From assembly GCA_001804285.1 (NCBI GenBank), contig MHFR01000051.1, forward strand, positions 46,926 through 110,925: a stretch of DNA of 64,000 bases, written 5' to 3'. The translations under genes and the position numbers were made by a program. This document shows, piece after piece, positions 1-9,578 of the stretch (position 1 is the stretch's first letter; each line of letters begins with the position of its first letter). This stretch comes from Candidatus Danuiimicrobium aquiferis. Its GTDB lineage: Bacteria; Omnitrophota; Omnitrophia; Omnitrophales; Danuiimicrobiaceae. The notes below the pieces were generated by a model. That model saw nothing but the letters and a program-made list of their open reading frames with translations, was not told the DNA's origin and did not search any database.

Positions 1-193
1 CAAGATTCTTCGGATGTTGAAAAATGTGTAATCCTAACTCTTTTGCAATCTCAACGGTCCTGTCGCTGCTTTGGTCATCTACAAGCAGGATTTCGTCTAT
101 CATATCAGTTGGGATTTCACTGACTGTTTTGCGCAAGGTTCTTTCGGCGTTGTAAGCGGGTAAAACAACGATAATTTTATGGCCGTTTAACAT
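1..193 (-). CDS. Glycosyltransferase family 2, N-terminal part (runs off window start)
   Basis: Manual translation from ATG at 193: MLNGHKIIVVLPAYNAERTLRKTVSEIPTDMIDEILLVDDQSSDRT, with GT2 PxYN and VDDxSxD motifs; not in the ORF track. Confidence 0.85.
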   Translation of the reverse strand, partial: MLNGHKIIVVLPAYNAERTLRKTVSEIPTDMIDEILLVDDQSSDRTVEIAKELGLHIFQHPKNL

Positions 194-209
194 TATTTTA
201 GATTAATGA

Positions 210-238
210 TTGACACGATTAATTAAATTTATTAACCT
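210..238 (+). promoter_or_regulatory. Sigma70-type promoter (TTGACA-17-TAACCT)
   Basis: TTGACA 210-215 and TAACCT 233-238; ATG at 247 with no Shine-Dalgarno sequence. Confidence 0.55.
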
Positions 239-246
239 GTTTCGAT

Positions 247-972
247 ATGAATCAAAATTTTTCAATTAGCTTTATTACCCCGGTTTTTAACGAGGAATAT
301 AACATCCCCAATGTCTTGAGGGATTTACATGAAATCCTTGATAAAAATCCTCACTGGAACGCCGAAGTCATCGTTATTGAAGACGGAAGCAATGATAATA
401 CCCGAAATAGCCTCCTTGAAGCAATAAAAAAATATCCTAAAACACAGCTTATTTTACATGATAAAAACCAGGGATATACCTGCTCGTTAAAAGACGGTAT
501 GGCGATTGCCAAAGGACAATATTTAATGTACGTCGGCGCCGATGAGGAATTCGATTGTTCGGAGATTCCGTCATTTGTCGAACCGATGCTAAGGGGCGAG
601 GCCGATGTTGTGCTCGGCGTCCGTTGGCAACGAAACGCCTATAAGTTATTCCGCTTTTTTCTTTCGGTTATTTATATATTTTTGCTAAATTACCTGTTTA
701 AATTACGGATCAATGACTACAACTGGTCGCAAGCATGGAGTAAAGAGCTGATTAATAAAATTCAAATCCGATCTAAATCCTTATTTGTCTTGCCGGAAAT
801 TATCATCAAAGCCCATGACCTAAAATATAAAATCAAAGAAGTCCCGTCGAATCACCGCGGTCGGCATTGGGGCAAGTCTTCAGTCAATATGGGGATCATG
901 GGATTTGCGTTCCGGGAAGCGATTGAATTTTGGCTGATCCGGAAGTCGAAGAAGTACGATCCGCTAAAATAG
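247..972 (+). CDS. Glycosyltransferase family 2 (DPM1-like polyprenol-phosphate glycosyltransferase)
   Basis: ITPVFNEE, IEDGSNDNT, NQGY motifs; DxD-like GADEE; HRGRxxGKS tail. Confidence 0.85.
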   Translation: MNQNFSISFITPVFNEEYNIPNVLRDLHEILDKNPHWNAEVIVIEDGSNDNTRNSLLEAIKKYPKTQLILHDKNQGYTCSLKDGMAIAKGQYLMYVGADEEFDCSEIPSFVEPMLRGEADVVLGVRWQRNAYKLFRFFLSVIYIFLLNYLFKLRINDYNWSQAWSKELINKIQIRSKSLFVLPEIIIKAHDLKYKIKEVPSNHRGRHWGKSSVNMGIMGFAFREAIEFWLIRKSKKYDPLK

Positions 973-2881
973 CAGAATCCCGCAAACGATATATTTCTAT
1001 AATCTGGCCGTTTTCCGTTCGATTGATCAGTTCCTTCCACAAAAACGGGCCGCCGGTCATTGCTTCATGGTCAAATGCCCAAGCAATCGTTTCGTCTTTG
1101 TAGGGCGAAAATCGCTTAACAAGTAAAGCGTTTTTAGTAAGCGCCGAACGAAATTCTTTATTAAGTTCAGGCTGCATTGCCGGCAAAATGACATAGTGGA
1201 CTCCCTCCCTGCGAAGTGTATCGATTGAATATGGAAGCTCCGGTGAAGCAAATAAAAAACTTTCGCCGACAGTTCGGCCGGTTAGAAAAAACAATTCATA
1301 AGCCGGCTTGTTTGACGTTTGCTGGTTGTGAATCAAAATCTCCAGCCTCTTTTTCTGGCTTTCGGAAAAAAATCGCCTTTCCTTTAAACGGCCCATTTTT
1401 TCAATTAATTGTTTTAAATTCATGCCGAGGCGGGGCGTGAAAAATGGAGCCCCTAACGCAATTTTCGAATCAGCGGGAATGTTTAGCTCAACCCACCGGG
1501 CAGCTTCCGTACGGACATCTTCCCTCGCAAACAGCCGATCGGAAAGAATTGATTTCACAAGTGACGGTGCGGCAATTATTAATGCAATCAATATCATTAC
1601 GAATTTACCATAGCGATTGTTGTCTTCGTAATAAGTTCCGCTGCTTCTCATTCCCTCGTTCAGCGAAGCAGCACCGCTCCGTATGTGTTGTGCGCCGGGA
1701 TCCGTGGATTCCCGCTTGCGCGGGAATGACACGATATTCGCGATTCGCTCTAATGCAAGTGTGGCAAGAATGAGTAAAAAAGGAATAATCGGCAGAACAT
1801 AACGGTCATAGGGTTGCCCCTTGAAGACGATCACGGCATAATAGGCTAAAACGAATGACAAAATGATTATTTGTTTTTTGTTTTTAGAAATCAAAGCAAG
1901 AATGCTTCCTGCCGCCGAAAAAACAAGGATTAAATAGCCGACTCCTTCATGTAGTGAATAAGTAAGATGGTGAAGCCACCCCATGAATCCGTGAACCGTT
2001 GATTCGCCGAGTGTTTCGGCAAGAAAAAAATGCCAGTCGAGGAAGACGTACGGATTCAGGACAAAAAACGTCACCGCGCTTATAATAAAGGCGATTAACA
2101 GATTAATTATATCTGTCATTCCCACCCGCTTCGTCCGCGAAGCGAGGCGAGCATGCTTCAGGCGGGAATCTAAAAAGCTCAAAAGGGGACAGGCACAAAT
2201 TTCGTGCCTGTCCCCTTTTTGGTTAACATGCGCAAACATAAACGGAACGAGCAGAAACACGCCGTTATATTTGACTGCCACGGCAAGCCCCAGCAGAAAA
2301 CCGAATTTAACATAATGGCGAAAGTTTCGTTCTTCAGAGATCCTCAAGATCAAATCCATTGCCGAAACCAAAATAAGAATCAACGGAATATCCGTATAAA
2401 TATAATGAGAATCGCGGACATGCAAAAAATTAACCGCAAGAAAAAAACTGCTTAACAGCGCGATTCCTTTTCCGAAATGTTTTTTACATAATCGGTATAA
2501 AAAATAAACAGTGAACGTTCCTATTACCGCTCCGAAAACAATCCGAGCAATTAAGTAAAATGAAGTCGGGTCAGTCACAAACAATTCAAGAAAGGCATCT
2601 TTCCCTGCAATCGCACCGCTAAGTCGAAGAAGAACAAAATAAATCCCGTAGCAAATGAACAACAAATAACTCACGAACGGCGGGACCTTGAAGAAATGCG
2701 GATTGAGGTCTCCGGAACCATATGCCAATGCATGGTTTACGACAATCGGCTCGTCGGCATGGTATTGATAAGGAAGGCCAAAATTGATACCCCAAAGGCG
2801 GAGAGCAAGAGCGAGGAGCAATATGAAGAAGATTGTGAGTTGAGCTCTATTTGAAGGGTACTGATTCTCGCTTGCGATCAT
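896..2881 (-). CDS. Multi-TM GT-C glycosyltransferase (PMT/ArnT-like, GT39/GT83) with two in-frame repeat insertions
   Basis: LRLWGINFGLP..HADE loop, many TM helices, GLAVAVKYNG and RYVLP motifs, soluble C-terminus. Confidence 0.8.
   Translation of the reverse strand: MIASENQYPSNRAQLTIFFILLLALALRLWGINFGLPYQYHADEPIVVNHALAYGSGDLNPHFFKVPPFVSYLLFICYGIYFVLLRLSGAIAGKDAFLELFVTDPTSFYLIARIVFGAVIGTFTVYFLYRLCKKHFGKGIALLSSFFLAVNFLHVRDSHYIYTDIPLILILVSAMDLILRISEERNFRHYVKFGFLLGLAVAVKYNGVFLLVPFMFAHVNQKGDRHEICACPLLSFLDSRLKHARLASRTKRVGMTDIINLLIAFIISAVTFFVLNPYVFLDWHFFLAETLGESTVHGFMGWLHHLTYSLHEGVGYLILVFSAAGSILALISKNKKQIIILSFVLAYYAVIVFKGQPYDRYVLPIIPFLLILATLALERIANIVSFPRKRESTDPGAQHIRSGAASLNEGMRSSGTYYEDNNRYGKFVMILIALIIAAPSLVKSILSDRLFAREDVRTEAARWVELNIPADSKIALGAPFFTPRLGMNLKQLIEKMGRLKERRFFSESQKKRLEILIHNQQTSNKPAYELFFLTGRTVGESFLFASPELPYSIDTLRREGVHYVILPAMQPELNKEFRSALTKNALLVKRFSPYKDETIAWAFDHEAMTGGPFLWKELINRTENGQIIEIYRLRDSAILADRTSSTSGSAKIQSLPGTQIP
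1647..1730. repeat. Family A (dRS3/REP-like) palindrome doublet inserted in-frame in a CDS
   Basis: Minus strand GTCATTCCCGCGCAAGCGGGAATCCACGGATCCC...GGGAATGAG, 84 bp; same family as the intergenic copies. Confidence 0.8.
2115..2219. repeat. Family A palindrome with a 27-bp nested insert, plus a 16-bp perfect GGGGACAG hairpin, inside a CDS
   Basis: gtcattccc[acccgcttcgtccgcgaagcgaggcga]gcatgcttcaggcgggaatc, then aaaaggggacaggcac-N7-gtgcctgtcccctttt (2181-2219). Confidence 0.8.
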
Positions 2882-2908
2882 ATTGTAATTTTATCATTCC
2901 CGTGTAGT

Positions 2909-2987
2909 TCTCCTCCCCCTTAATGGGGGAGGACAGAGGTGGGGGTGCGCCCCCCATCCTAACCTTCCCCCACACGGGGGGAAGGAA
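2909..2987. repeat. Family B REP-like element (double hairpin)
   Basis: tcctcccccttaatgggggaggacagaggtgggggtg...ccttcccccacacggggggaagg; the left half recurs at 32183. Confidence 0.75.
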
Positions 2988-3007
2988 TCTATTACGGTTC
3001 GATTTCC

Positions 3008-3727
3008 TCACACATCATTGATATGCATTACTCGAATTTTAATCAAATCAAAAAACATTTTTATGGGATCCGCCACAACATTCACTTTGCTGGCCGTGGA
3101 ATTTCTCCAAATGACGGGGATCTCAGCGACCTTGAATCCTATCTTCTGGGCCAAGTAAATCACTTCAACGTCGAAGGAAAATCCATCAAGTTTTTGTAGG
3201 GAAAATATTTTTTTCGCGGCTTCCCGTTTAAAACATTTAAAACCGCACTGAGAATCTTTAATTCCTTTAAACGTCAATAGCCGCGCGATTTTATTGAAAA
3301 TTTTCCCCATTAATTCCCGGAAAAAGTTCTGACGAATTTCCACCTTAGAATTCGGAAGCGCCCGCGAGCCAATAGCGACGTCAAATCCATCCTCTAACTT
3401 TGCAATTAACCGCAACGCTTCCTCAATCGGTGTCGACAAATCGGCATCACTAAAAAGAATATAATCACCGGTGGCCTCAAGAACGCCCCGTCGAACGCTA
3501 TACCCCTTTCCCCGGTTCTTCTCGTTCCGCAAAAGCCTGTGCGTTTCATTTTCCCCGCCGCAACAATTTAGCACCACTTCGCATGTCCGGTCGCTGCTGC
3601 CGTCATCCACAACAATGATTTCATGTTCGATATTTATATTTCGAACAAAACTATGAATTGTTTCAAGAGACTTTCCGATCCGTTGTTCTTCGTTGTAACA
3701 AGGGATAACAATCGATAATTTTATCAT
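3008..3727 (-). CDS. Dolichyl/polyprenyl-phosphate beta-glycosyltransferase (GT2, ALG5-like)
   Basis: IVIPCYNEE, VVDDGSSD, NRGKG, FSDADLS, DSQCGFK, FSFDVE motifs. Confidence 0.9.
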   Translation of the reverse strand: MIKLSIVIPCYNEEQRIGKSLETIHSFVRNINIEHEIIVVDDGSSDRTCEVVLNCCGGENETHRLLRNEKNRGKGYSVRRGVLEATGDYILFSDADLSTPIEEALRLIAKLEDGFDVAIGSRALPNSKVEIRQNFFRELMGKIFNKIARLLTFKGIKDSQCGFKCFKREAAKKIFSLQKLDGFSFDVEVIYLAQKIGFKVAEIPVIWRNSTASKVNVVADPIKMFFDLIKIRVMHINDV

Positions 3728-3731
3728 TCTA

Positions 3732-4700
3732 TCATCTCAACATGTCGTTTAACGTTTGCCTCAGCGGAATTCGGGGCTCCCAACCACTCAATTGTTTCAT
3801 TTTGCCGGAAGCGAGTGCCATTCTTAGAATTTCATCTTTTGAAGTAAATGCCTCGTTTTTCCGCACTTTGATTTTTTCAATCTTCGAAAGTTCAATTATT
3901 TCCTTTAGGGCATGCCCGATCTTTACAGGCTTCCCGCGGCCGATATTGTAGGCTTCTCCCGGTTTCCCTTTTCCGCTGACCTCTGAAATAGCCTGAATTG
4001 CATCTCTCACGTCAATATAATCCCGGCTCGCTGAAAGGTTGCCGACGTCAATGATGGGCTTTTGTTTTCCAAGAGAGATATTTTTGATTTGATAGGCAAA
4101 ATTCGCAATTGAAAATGTCTTCGATTGATTTCGGCCGACGATATTGCATGGCCGGACGACGCAAATATTAAGTTTGAAATTCTTGGCATAAATTCTCGCA
4201 AAAGAGTCCAAAGCGGCCTTGCTAATGCTATATGGATCCTTGGGTTCCAACCGGTCGCTTTCAAATACTTTTTGTTTGTGATTGTGAGTCTCGCCATAAA
4301 TAGTCCCCGATGAAAAAATAATAATTTTTGACCGCAAAGCCAATTTTTTTGCGATCTCCAAAAGATTAATTCCTCCCACCAAATTAATATTGATGGTCTC
4401 GACCGGATTTGCCCAGGATAAACGAACGGAACTTTGCGCGGCCAGATAATAAATATAATCGGGCTTGATCCGTGCAACCAATCGTTCCATTCCCTGGCGG
4501 TTTCGGACGTCGAGTTGAAACATTCTAACGGAACCCGAAAGTGAAAAACCTTTTTTGTGATGGCGATGATAAGTTCCGAAAACGACTTGGTTCCGCGAAC
4601 ACAAGTCTTTTGCGATTTCGCTTCCCAAGAAACCGGTTGATCCGATTAGGAGGTGTTTTTTACATTTAGCCATTGGCGAGGACTTTAATATCTTCATCAA
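3732..4700 (-). CDS. GDP-4-keto-6-deoxy-mannose reductase-like extended SDR (Rmd-like)
   Basis: GSTGFLG Rossmann motif, LAAQSSV, YSISK, GNLSASRDYIDVRD; follows gmd. Confidence 0.75.
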   Translation of the reverse strand: MMKILKSSPMAKCKKHLLIGSTGFLGSEIAKDLCSRNQVVFGTYHRHHKKGFSLSGSVRMFQLDVRNRQGMERLVARIKPDYIYYLAAQSSVRLSWANPVETININLVGGINLLEIAKKLALRSKIIIFSSGTIYGETHNHKQKVFESDRLEPKDPYSISKAALDSFARIYAKNFKLNICVVRPCNIVGRNQSKTFSIANFAYQIKNISLGKQKPIIDVGNLSASRDYIDVRDAIQAISEVSGKGKPGEAYNIGRGKPVKIGHALKEIIELSKIEKIKVRKNEAFTSKDEILRMALASGKMKQLSGWEPRIPLRQTLNDMLR

Positions 4701-5631
4701 CCATTAAATAAACCAGTTCTTCGAAACGCATCTTCGGCTTCCAGCCCAGCACGCGCCGCGCTTTCAAAGCGTTTCCGCAAAGAATATGTAATTCCGTTGG
4801 CCTGACAAGCTTTTGATCGGTTTCGACATATTTTTTCCAGTTAAGCCCGACGTGGTTAAATGCAACTCTCGCGAAATCCTCAACCGTGTGAGCTTCGCCC
4901 GTCGCAACCACATAATCGTCCGGTTTTGGCTGTTGAAGCATCTTCCACATTGCTTCAACATAATCGCCGGCAAATCCCCAATCCCGCTTCGCCTTTAGGT
5001 TACCGAGTGTCAGTTTTTTTTCCAGACCCAATTTGATTTTTGCAACACCCACTGAAATTCTTCGAGAAACAAATTCCTTCCCTCTCCGCGGCGATTCGTG
5101 ATTAAAAAGGATTCCGGAGCATGCAAACATATGGTAGCCTTCCCGGTAAATCACGGTCATCCAATGCCCGTAGGTTTTAGCAACCCCGTAAGGATTTCGC
5201 GGCCGAAGCGGTGTCGTTTCGCTTTGGGGGGTTTCCGCGACTAATCCGAACATTTCGCTCGAAGATGCCTGGTAGAATCGGATTTTTTTGTCGACAAGCC
5301 GAATGGCTTCGAGGATTCGCGCAACGCCTTGCGCTGTAAACTCACCCGTCAACGTTGGCTGTTCAAAGGATGTCGGCACAAACGATTGAGCGGCTAAATT
5401 ATAGACTTCGTGAGGTTTTACCGTTTGTATTAAACGGATGAGAGACATCTGATCAAGCAAATCACCTCGCACCAGTTCTATTCTGCCCATCAGATGGTTA
5501 ATTCGCTCGAAATTTTCCGTACTCGAACGGCGAACCATGCCATAAACTTCATAATCCTTGGTCGCTAATAAGTCGGCCAAATAAGATCCGTCCTGTCCCG
5601 TCACTCCGGTGATAATCGCTCGTTTTTTCAT
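4666..5631 (-). CDS. gmd: GDP-mannose 4,6-dehydratase
   Basis: [44 protein letters not shown]. Confidence 0.97.
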   Translation of the reverse strand: MKKRAIITGVTGQDGSYLADLLATKDYEVYGMVRRSSTENFERINHLMGRIELVRGDLLDQMSLIRLIQTVKPHEVYNLAAQSFVPTSFEQPTLTGEFTAQGVARILEAIRLVDKKIRFYQASSSEMFGLVAETPQSETTPLRPRNPYGVAKTYGHWMTVIYREGYHMFACSGILFNHESPRRGKEFVSRRISVGVAKIKLGLEKKLTLGNLKAKRDWGFAGDYVEAMWKMLQQPKPDDYVVATGEAHTVEDFARVAFNHVGLNWKKYVETDQKLVRPTELHILCGNALKARRVLGWKPKMRFEELVYLMVDEDIKVLANG

Positions 5632-6575
5632 TCTGCCCTCGCCTGAGTTTGTTTAAAATATTCAATGGCCGCCAGCAAGCCCTTTCGGACATCGACTTTC
5701 GGTGCCCATTTCAGAATTTCTTTTGCCCGCCGGATATCCGGATTTCTGACTTTGGGATCATCTTGTGGGAGGACACGATATTCAATTTTACTTTTTGAAC
5801 CCGTCAACTCAATAATCAATTTTGCAAGTTCACCGATTGTCATTTCATCATGTGGGTTGCCGATATTGACCGGCAAATTGAAATTTGAAAACAAAAGCCG
5901 CTGAAGCCCGTCCACCAAGTCGTCAACGTACGTAAAACTTCTTGTTTGTTTCCCGTCGCCGAAAATGGTGATGGGGTTTCCCTTCAGTGCCTGATCGATG
6001 AAATTAGGAATTGCCCGTCCGTCATTATGACGCATTCGCGGCCCGTAGGTATTGAAAATTCGGACAATTTTGGTATCGATACCATGTGTCCGGTGATAGG
6101 CAAGCGTAATGGCTTCCGCGAACCGTTTTGCTTCATCATAAACACCGCGCGGGCCGATCGGATTGACATTCCCCCAATAATCTTCATGCTGAGGGTGAAT
6201 AAGTGGGTCGCCATAAACCTCCGAAGTCGACGCGAGTAAAAAAACCGCTTTTTTAGCTTTCGCGAATCCAAGCGCGTTGTGGGTTCCGAGTGAACCTACC
6301 TTAAGTGTTTGAATCGGATATTTGATATAGTCGGCCGGGCTGGCCGGCGAAGCAAAATGGAGGACATAATCGACAGGCTCATCTACTTTGATTGTTTTTG
6401 AAACGTCATGATTTGTATATATAAAACGATTACAGGTTTGAAACGGCGCAATATTTTCCGGATTTCCAGTTAGCATGTTATCGAGGCAAATGACGCGCTC
6501 GCCTTTTTTTAAGAAATAGTCACACAGGTGTGAGCCGATAAAGCCTGCGCCGCCTGTAATTAAAAATGTTTTCAT
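5628..6575 (-). CDS. UDP-glucuronate decarboxylase (UDP-xylose synthase) family
   Basis: [49 protein letters not shown]. Confidence 0.92.
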   Translation of the reverse strand: MKTFLITGGAGFIGSHLCDYFLKKGERVICLDNMLTGNPENIAPFQTCNRFIYTNHDVSKTIKVDEPVDYVLHFASPASPADYIKYPIQTLKVGSLGTHNALGFAKAKKAVFLLASTSEVYGDPLIHPQHEDYWGNVNPIGPRGVYDEAKRFAEAITLAYHRTHGIDTKIVRIFNTYGPRMRHNDGRAIPNFIDQALKGNPITIFGDGKQTRSFTYVDDLVDGLQRLLFSNFNLPVNIGNPHDEMTIGELAKLIIELTGSKSKIEYRVLPQDDPKVRNPDIRRAKEILKWAPKVDVRKGLLAAIEYFKQTQARAE

Positions 6576-6641
6576 CTCAAATCTCTCTCTGATATTGTCA
6601 TTACGTTCTAAAGCTCAATTTAGAAGCAGGTTCATAAAGTC

Positions 6642-6718
6642 TGTCATCCCCGCGAACGCGGGGATCCAGTAGAACCTAAAGACAACTTGGCTGGATTCCC
6701 GCTTTCGCGGGAATGACA
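6642..6718. repeat. Family A palindrome doublet (REPIN-like)
   Basis: tgtcatccccgcgaacgcggggatcca...tggattcccgctttcgcgggaatgaca. Confidence 0.85.
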
Positions 6719-6755
6719 TAAGAACACAATTTTATTTGCATGCCCAGCATCTTTT

Positions 6756-7640
6756 TCATTGTAAGTATTCTCTCAACGCTTCCTGCCAAGGCCTTAAAGG
6801 TTTCCCAGTTAATGATTGATACTTCTCAAGGCTTAAAACTGAATAAGCCGGCCTCATGGCTGGCCTTGCGAGCTGTTCTGTTGTCATTGCACTGACTTTA
6901 ACGTTTCGTGCTTTTATCTTTAGAATTTCCTTCGCGAAATCACACCACGACGTTTCGCCGTCATTGGCAATGTGGACGATTCCGTGAATCCTATACTCAT
7001 CTGCCCGTTTGCAATAAGCCAATAAATTCTCGATTCCTTCGGCTAAATCAACCGTATAGGTTGGCCGACCGACTTGATCTGCTACGACAGCTAATTCGGA
7101 TTTTAAGTCTGAAAGTTTCAGAATCGTATCGACGAAATTCTTTCCGTTTTTACCGTAAAGCCACGATGTTCGAACAATAGTATACCGTTTCGCTTTTGAT
7201 TTAACATCATTTTCTGCCTCCAGCTTGCTCTGGCCGTATACACTCAAAGGAGTCGGTATATCGCCCTCGTTGTATTGCGTTTTCTTTTTTCCGTCAAAAA
7301 CATAATCGGTGCTGATCAAAATGAAGTATGCATTAATCGCTAAACAAGCATCAACGACGTTTTTCGCCCCTTCAAAATTAATTGCAAATGCTTTCTCGCG
7401 ATTGGTTTCGCAGCCATCGACATCTGTATAAGCGGCTGTGTGAATCACTATGTCGGGCCTAATATCCTCAATTTTAATGAAAACGTCGGCTCGATTGGTG
7501 ATGTCTATCTGAGATGAAATCACACCGGACCTTGACTCGCCGCGATCGCTCAATCCAAAAAGCTCATGTTTTCCCGTCAGTTGCCTAACCAAACCAGTCC
7601 CAAGCATGCCGTCATAACCAGTAATTAATATTTTCATCAT
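6756..7640 (-). CDS. rmlD: dTDP-4-dehydrorhamnose reductase
   Basis: ITGxxGMLG, AAYTDVDGCE, ISTDYVFDG, YGQSKL, RTSWLY, DQVGRPTY. Confidence 0.95.
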   Translation of the reverse strand: MMKILITGYDGMLGTGLVRQLTGKHELFGLSDRGESRSGVISSQIDITNRADVFIKIEDIRPDIVIHTAAYTDVDGCETNREKAFAINFEGAKNVVDACLAINAYFILISTDYVFDGKKKTQYNEGDIPTPLSVYGQSKLEAENDVKSKAKRYTIVRTSWLYGKNGKNFVDTILKLSDLKSELAVVADQVGRPTYTVDLAEGIENLLAYCKRADEYRIHGIVHIANDGETSWCDFAKEILKIKARNVKVSAMTTEQLARPAMRPAYSVLSLEKYQSLTGKPLRPWQEALREYLQ

Positions 7641-7665
7641 TCGAAACCTTTTTCTTCGGGAAGGC

Positions 7666-8643
7666 TTATTTTAAGGTATACCGATCCGCTTTTAACTTTC
7701 GCCACCAGGCTTCGTTTGCGCGGTACCAATCAATGGTTTTGCGGAGATTGTCGTGAATGGTTGATGTGATTTCGAAGCCAAGAGCTTCAAGTTTAGACAT
7801 ATCCAGGCTATACCGGAAATCGTGAGCGAGACGGTCTTTCACATATTGAATCATCTCTTCGCCTTTTCCGAATTCTTTTAAAATCATTCCCGTTAATTCA
7901 ATATTGCTTAATTCACATCTGCCGGCAACATTATAAATTTCGCCGATTTTACCGTGTTCGAAAACAAAACTGACCGCTCTTGCCGTGTCTTCGACATATA
8001 ACCAATCTCTTACATTTCCCCCTTTTGCGTATAAAGGGACCTTTTTCCCTTCAATTAAGTTCGTAATAAAGAGCGGAATCACCTTCTCCGGGAAATGATA
8101 CGGGCCATAGTTATTTGTGCAGCGCATAATGATGACCGGAATGCCGTGTGTTTTGTGATAGGCAAGCGCAAGGAGGTCGCTCGCTGCTTTTGCTGCCGAA
8201 TAAGGGCTGCTGGGGTCAAGTGGAAAGGTCTCAGTAAACGATCCCTGTTTGATTGACCCGTAGACTTCATCAGTCGAAAAATGGATAAATCTCTTAAGTT
8301 TCGCGTTCTTTGCGGCATTTAATAATGTGTTCGTTCCCAGCACATTGGTGCGAACAAATTCATCGGGTGAATCAATCGACCGGTCGACGTGCGTTTCTGC
8401 GGCAAAGTGAATGACGGAATCAACGCGGCTCATGAGGGATTTTACCAATTCGGCATTGCAGATATCGCCGTGGACAAATTCATAACGCGGGTTTGTTTCG
8501 TGTTCGACCGTGTTCGACCGCAGGCCGGCGTAGGTCAGTTTATCGAGATTGATAACGGAAATATCTTTGAACTTGTTCAGGAAATATCTGAGGAAATTCG
8601 AGCCGATAAAGCCCGAACCACCTGTCACTAAAACGCGGTTCAT
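7666..8643 (-). CDS. rmlB: dTDP-glucose 4,6-dehydratase
   Basis: TGGSGFIGS, DKLTYAG, AAETHVDRSI, STDEVYG, NNYGPYHFPEK. Confidence 0.96.
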   Translation of the reverse strand: MNRVLVTGGSGFIGSNFLRYFLNKFKDISVINLDKLTYAGLRSNTVEHETNPRYEFVHGDICNAELVKSLMSRVDSVIHFAAETHVDRSIDSPDEFVRTNVLGTNTLLNAAKNAKLKRFIHFSTDEVYGSIKQGSFTETFPLDPSSPYSAAKAASDLLALAYHKTHGIPVIIMRCTNNYGPYHFPEKVIPLFITNLIEGKKVPLYAKGGNVRDWLYVEDTARAVSFVFEHGKIGEIYNVAGRCELSNIELTGMILKEFGKGEEMIQYVKDRLAHDFRYSLDMSKLEALGFEITSTIHDNLRKTIDWYRANEAWWRKLKADRYTLK

Positions 8644-9368
8644 TACGATGACTCCGCCTTGAGCGCCGCCAATTTATTTGCGTGCAGCAAAGAATCGAAC
8701 GTTCCGGCATCCGTCCAGTAGCCTTTGAGAATATCATATTGCATGGAACCGTCTTTAATATAGCAGTTATTGACGTCACTGATTTCAAGTTCGCCCCGTT
8801 TTGAAGGTTTTAATTTTCTGCAAAACTCAAATACACGGGAGTCGTACATGTAAATTCCCGTAACGGCATACTGACTTTTGGGCTTTTTTGGTTTTTCCTC
8901 GATATTGACGATTTTTCCGTTTTTAAACACGGGAACGCCGAACCGTTGAGGATCGGTTACTTCTTTTAAAAAAATCCGCGCACCGCGTTTTTGTTTTTCA
9001 AATTTCTGGACGGCTTCTGACAAATTGTCTTCCAGAATATTATCTCCCAGAACAACGACCACCTTGTCACCCGAAACGAAATGTTCAGCCAGGCTCAATG
9101 CTTCGGCAATTCCACCCTCGCCGCGCTGGTAGGTATAATATAAATCCTTCAAACCGAATTCACTTCCGTTTCCCATCAGCTTTAGAAAATCACCGGCCGC
9201 GTTTCCGCCCGTCACAATCATAATATCTTCGATGCCTGATTTAACTAAAGTTTCGACGGGATAATAGATCATCGGTTTATCGTACACAGGAAGCAAATGT
9301 TTATTCGTGACACGGGTCAGCGGTGAAAGCCTCGTCCCCAATCCTCCTGCCAATACAACGCCTTTCAT
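8643..9368 (-). CDS. rmlA: Glucose-1-phosphate thymidylyltransferase (short, SpsI-like)
   Basis: LAGGLGTRL, KHLLPVYDKPMIYY, EEKP, SKRGELEISDVN, WTDAGT. Confidence 0.9.
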   Translation of the reverse strand: MKGVVLAGGLGTRLSPLTRVTNKHLLPVYDKPMIYYPVETLVKSGIEDIMIVTGGNAAGDFLKLMGNGSEFGLKDLYYTYQRGEGGIAEALSLAEHFVSGDKVVVVLGDNILEDNLSEAVQKFEKQKRGARIFLKEVTDPQRFGVPVFKNGKIVNIEEKPKKPKSQYAVTGIYMYDSRVFEFCRKLKPSKRGELEISDVNNCYIKDGSMQYDILKGYWTDAGTFDSLLHANKLAALKAESS

Positions 9369-9454
9369 ATTTCTTTTCTCCTTATTAAAGGGGCTGTTGT
9401 GTTAACTTAGTCATTAGAGAATGCTCAAGACCGGCAAAAGTTTTTTTCTAAAAT

Positions 9455-9533
9455 TGTCATCCCCGCAAGCTTTAAGCGGGGATCCAGCAAATCTAAAATG
9501 AACCTGTGGATTCCCGCTTTCGTGGGAATGACA
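9455..9533. repeat. Family A palindrome doublet
   Basis: tgtcatccccgcaagctttaagcggggatcca...tggattcccgctttcgtgggaatgaca. Confidence 0.85.
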
Positions 9534-9578
9534 CCAAAGCTTTACCTAAATCTAATCATTAACAGCTGTCCCCTTTTG

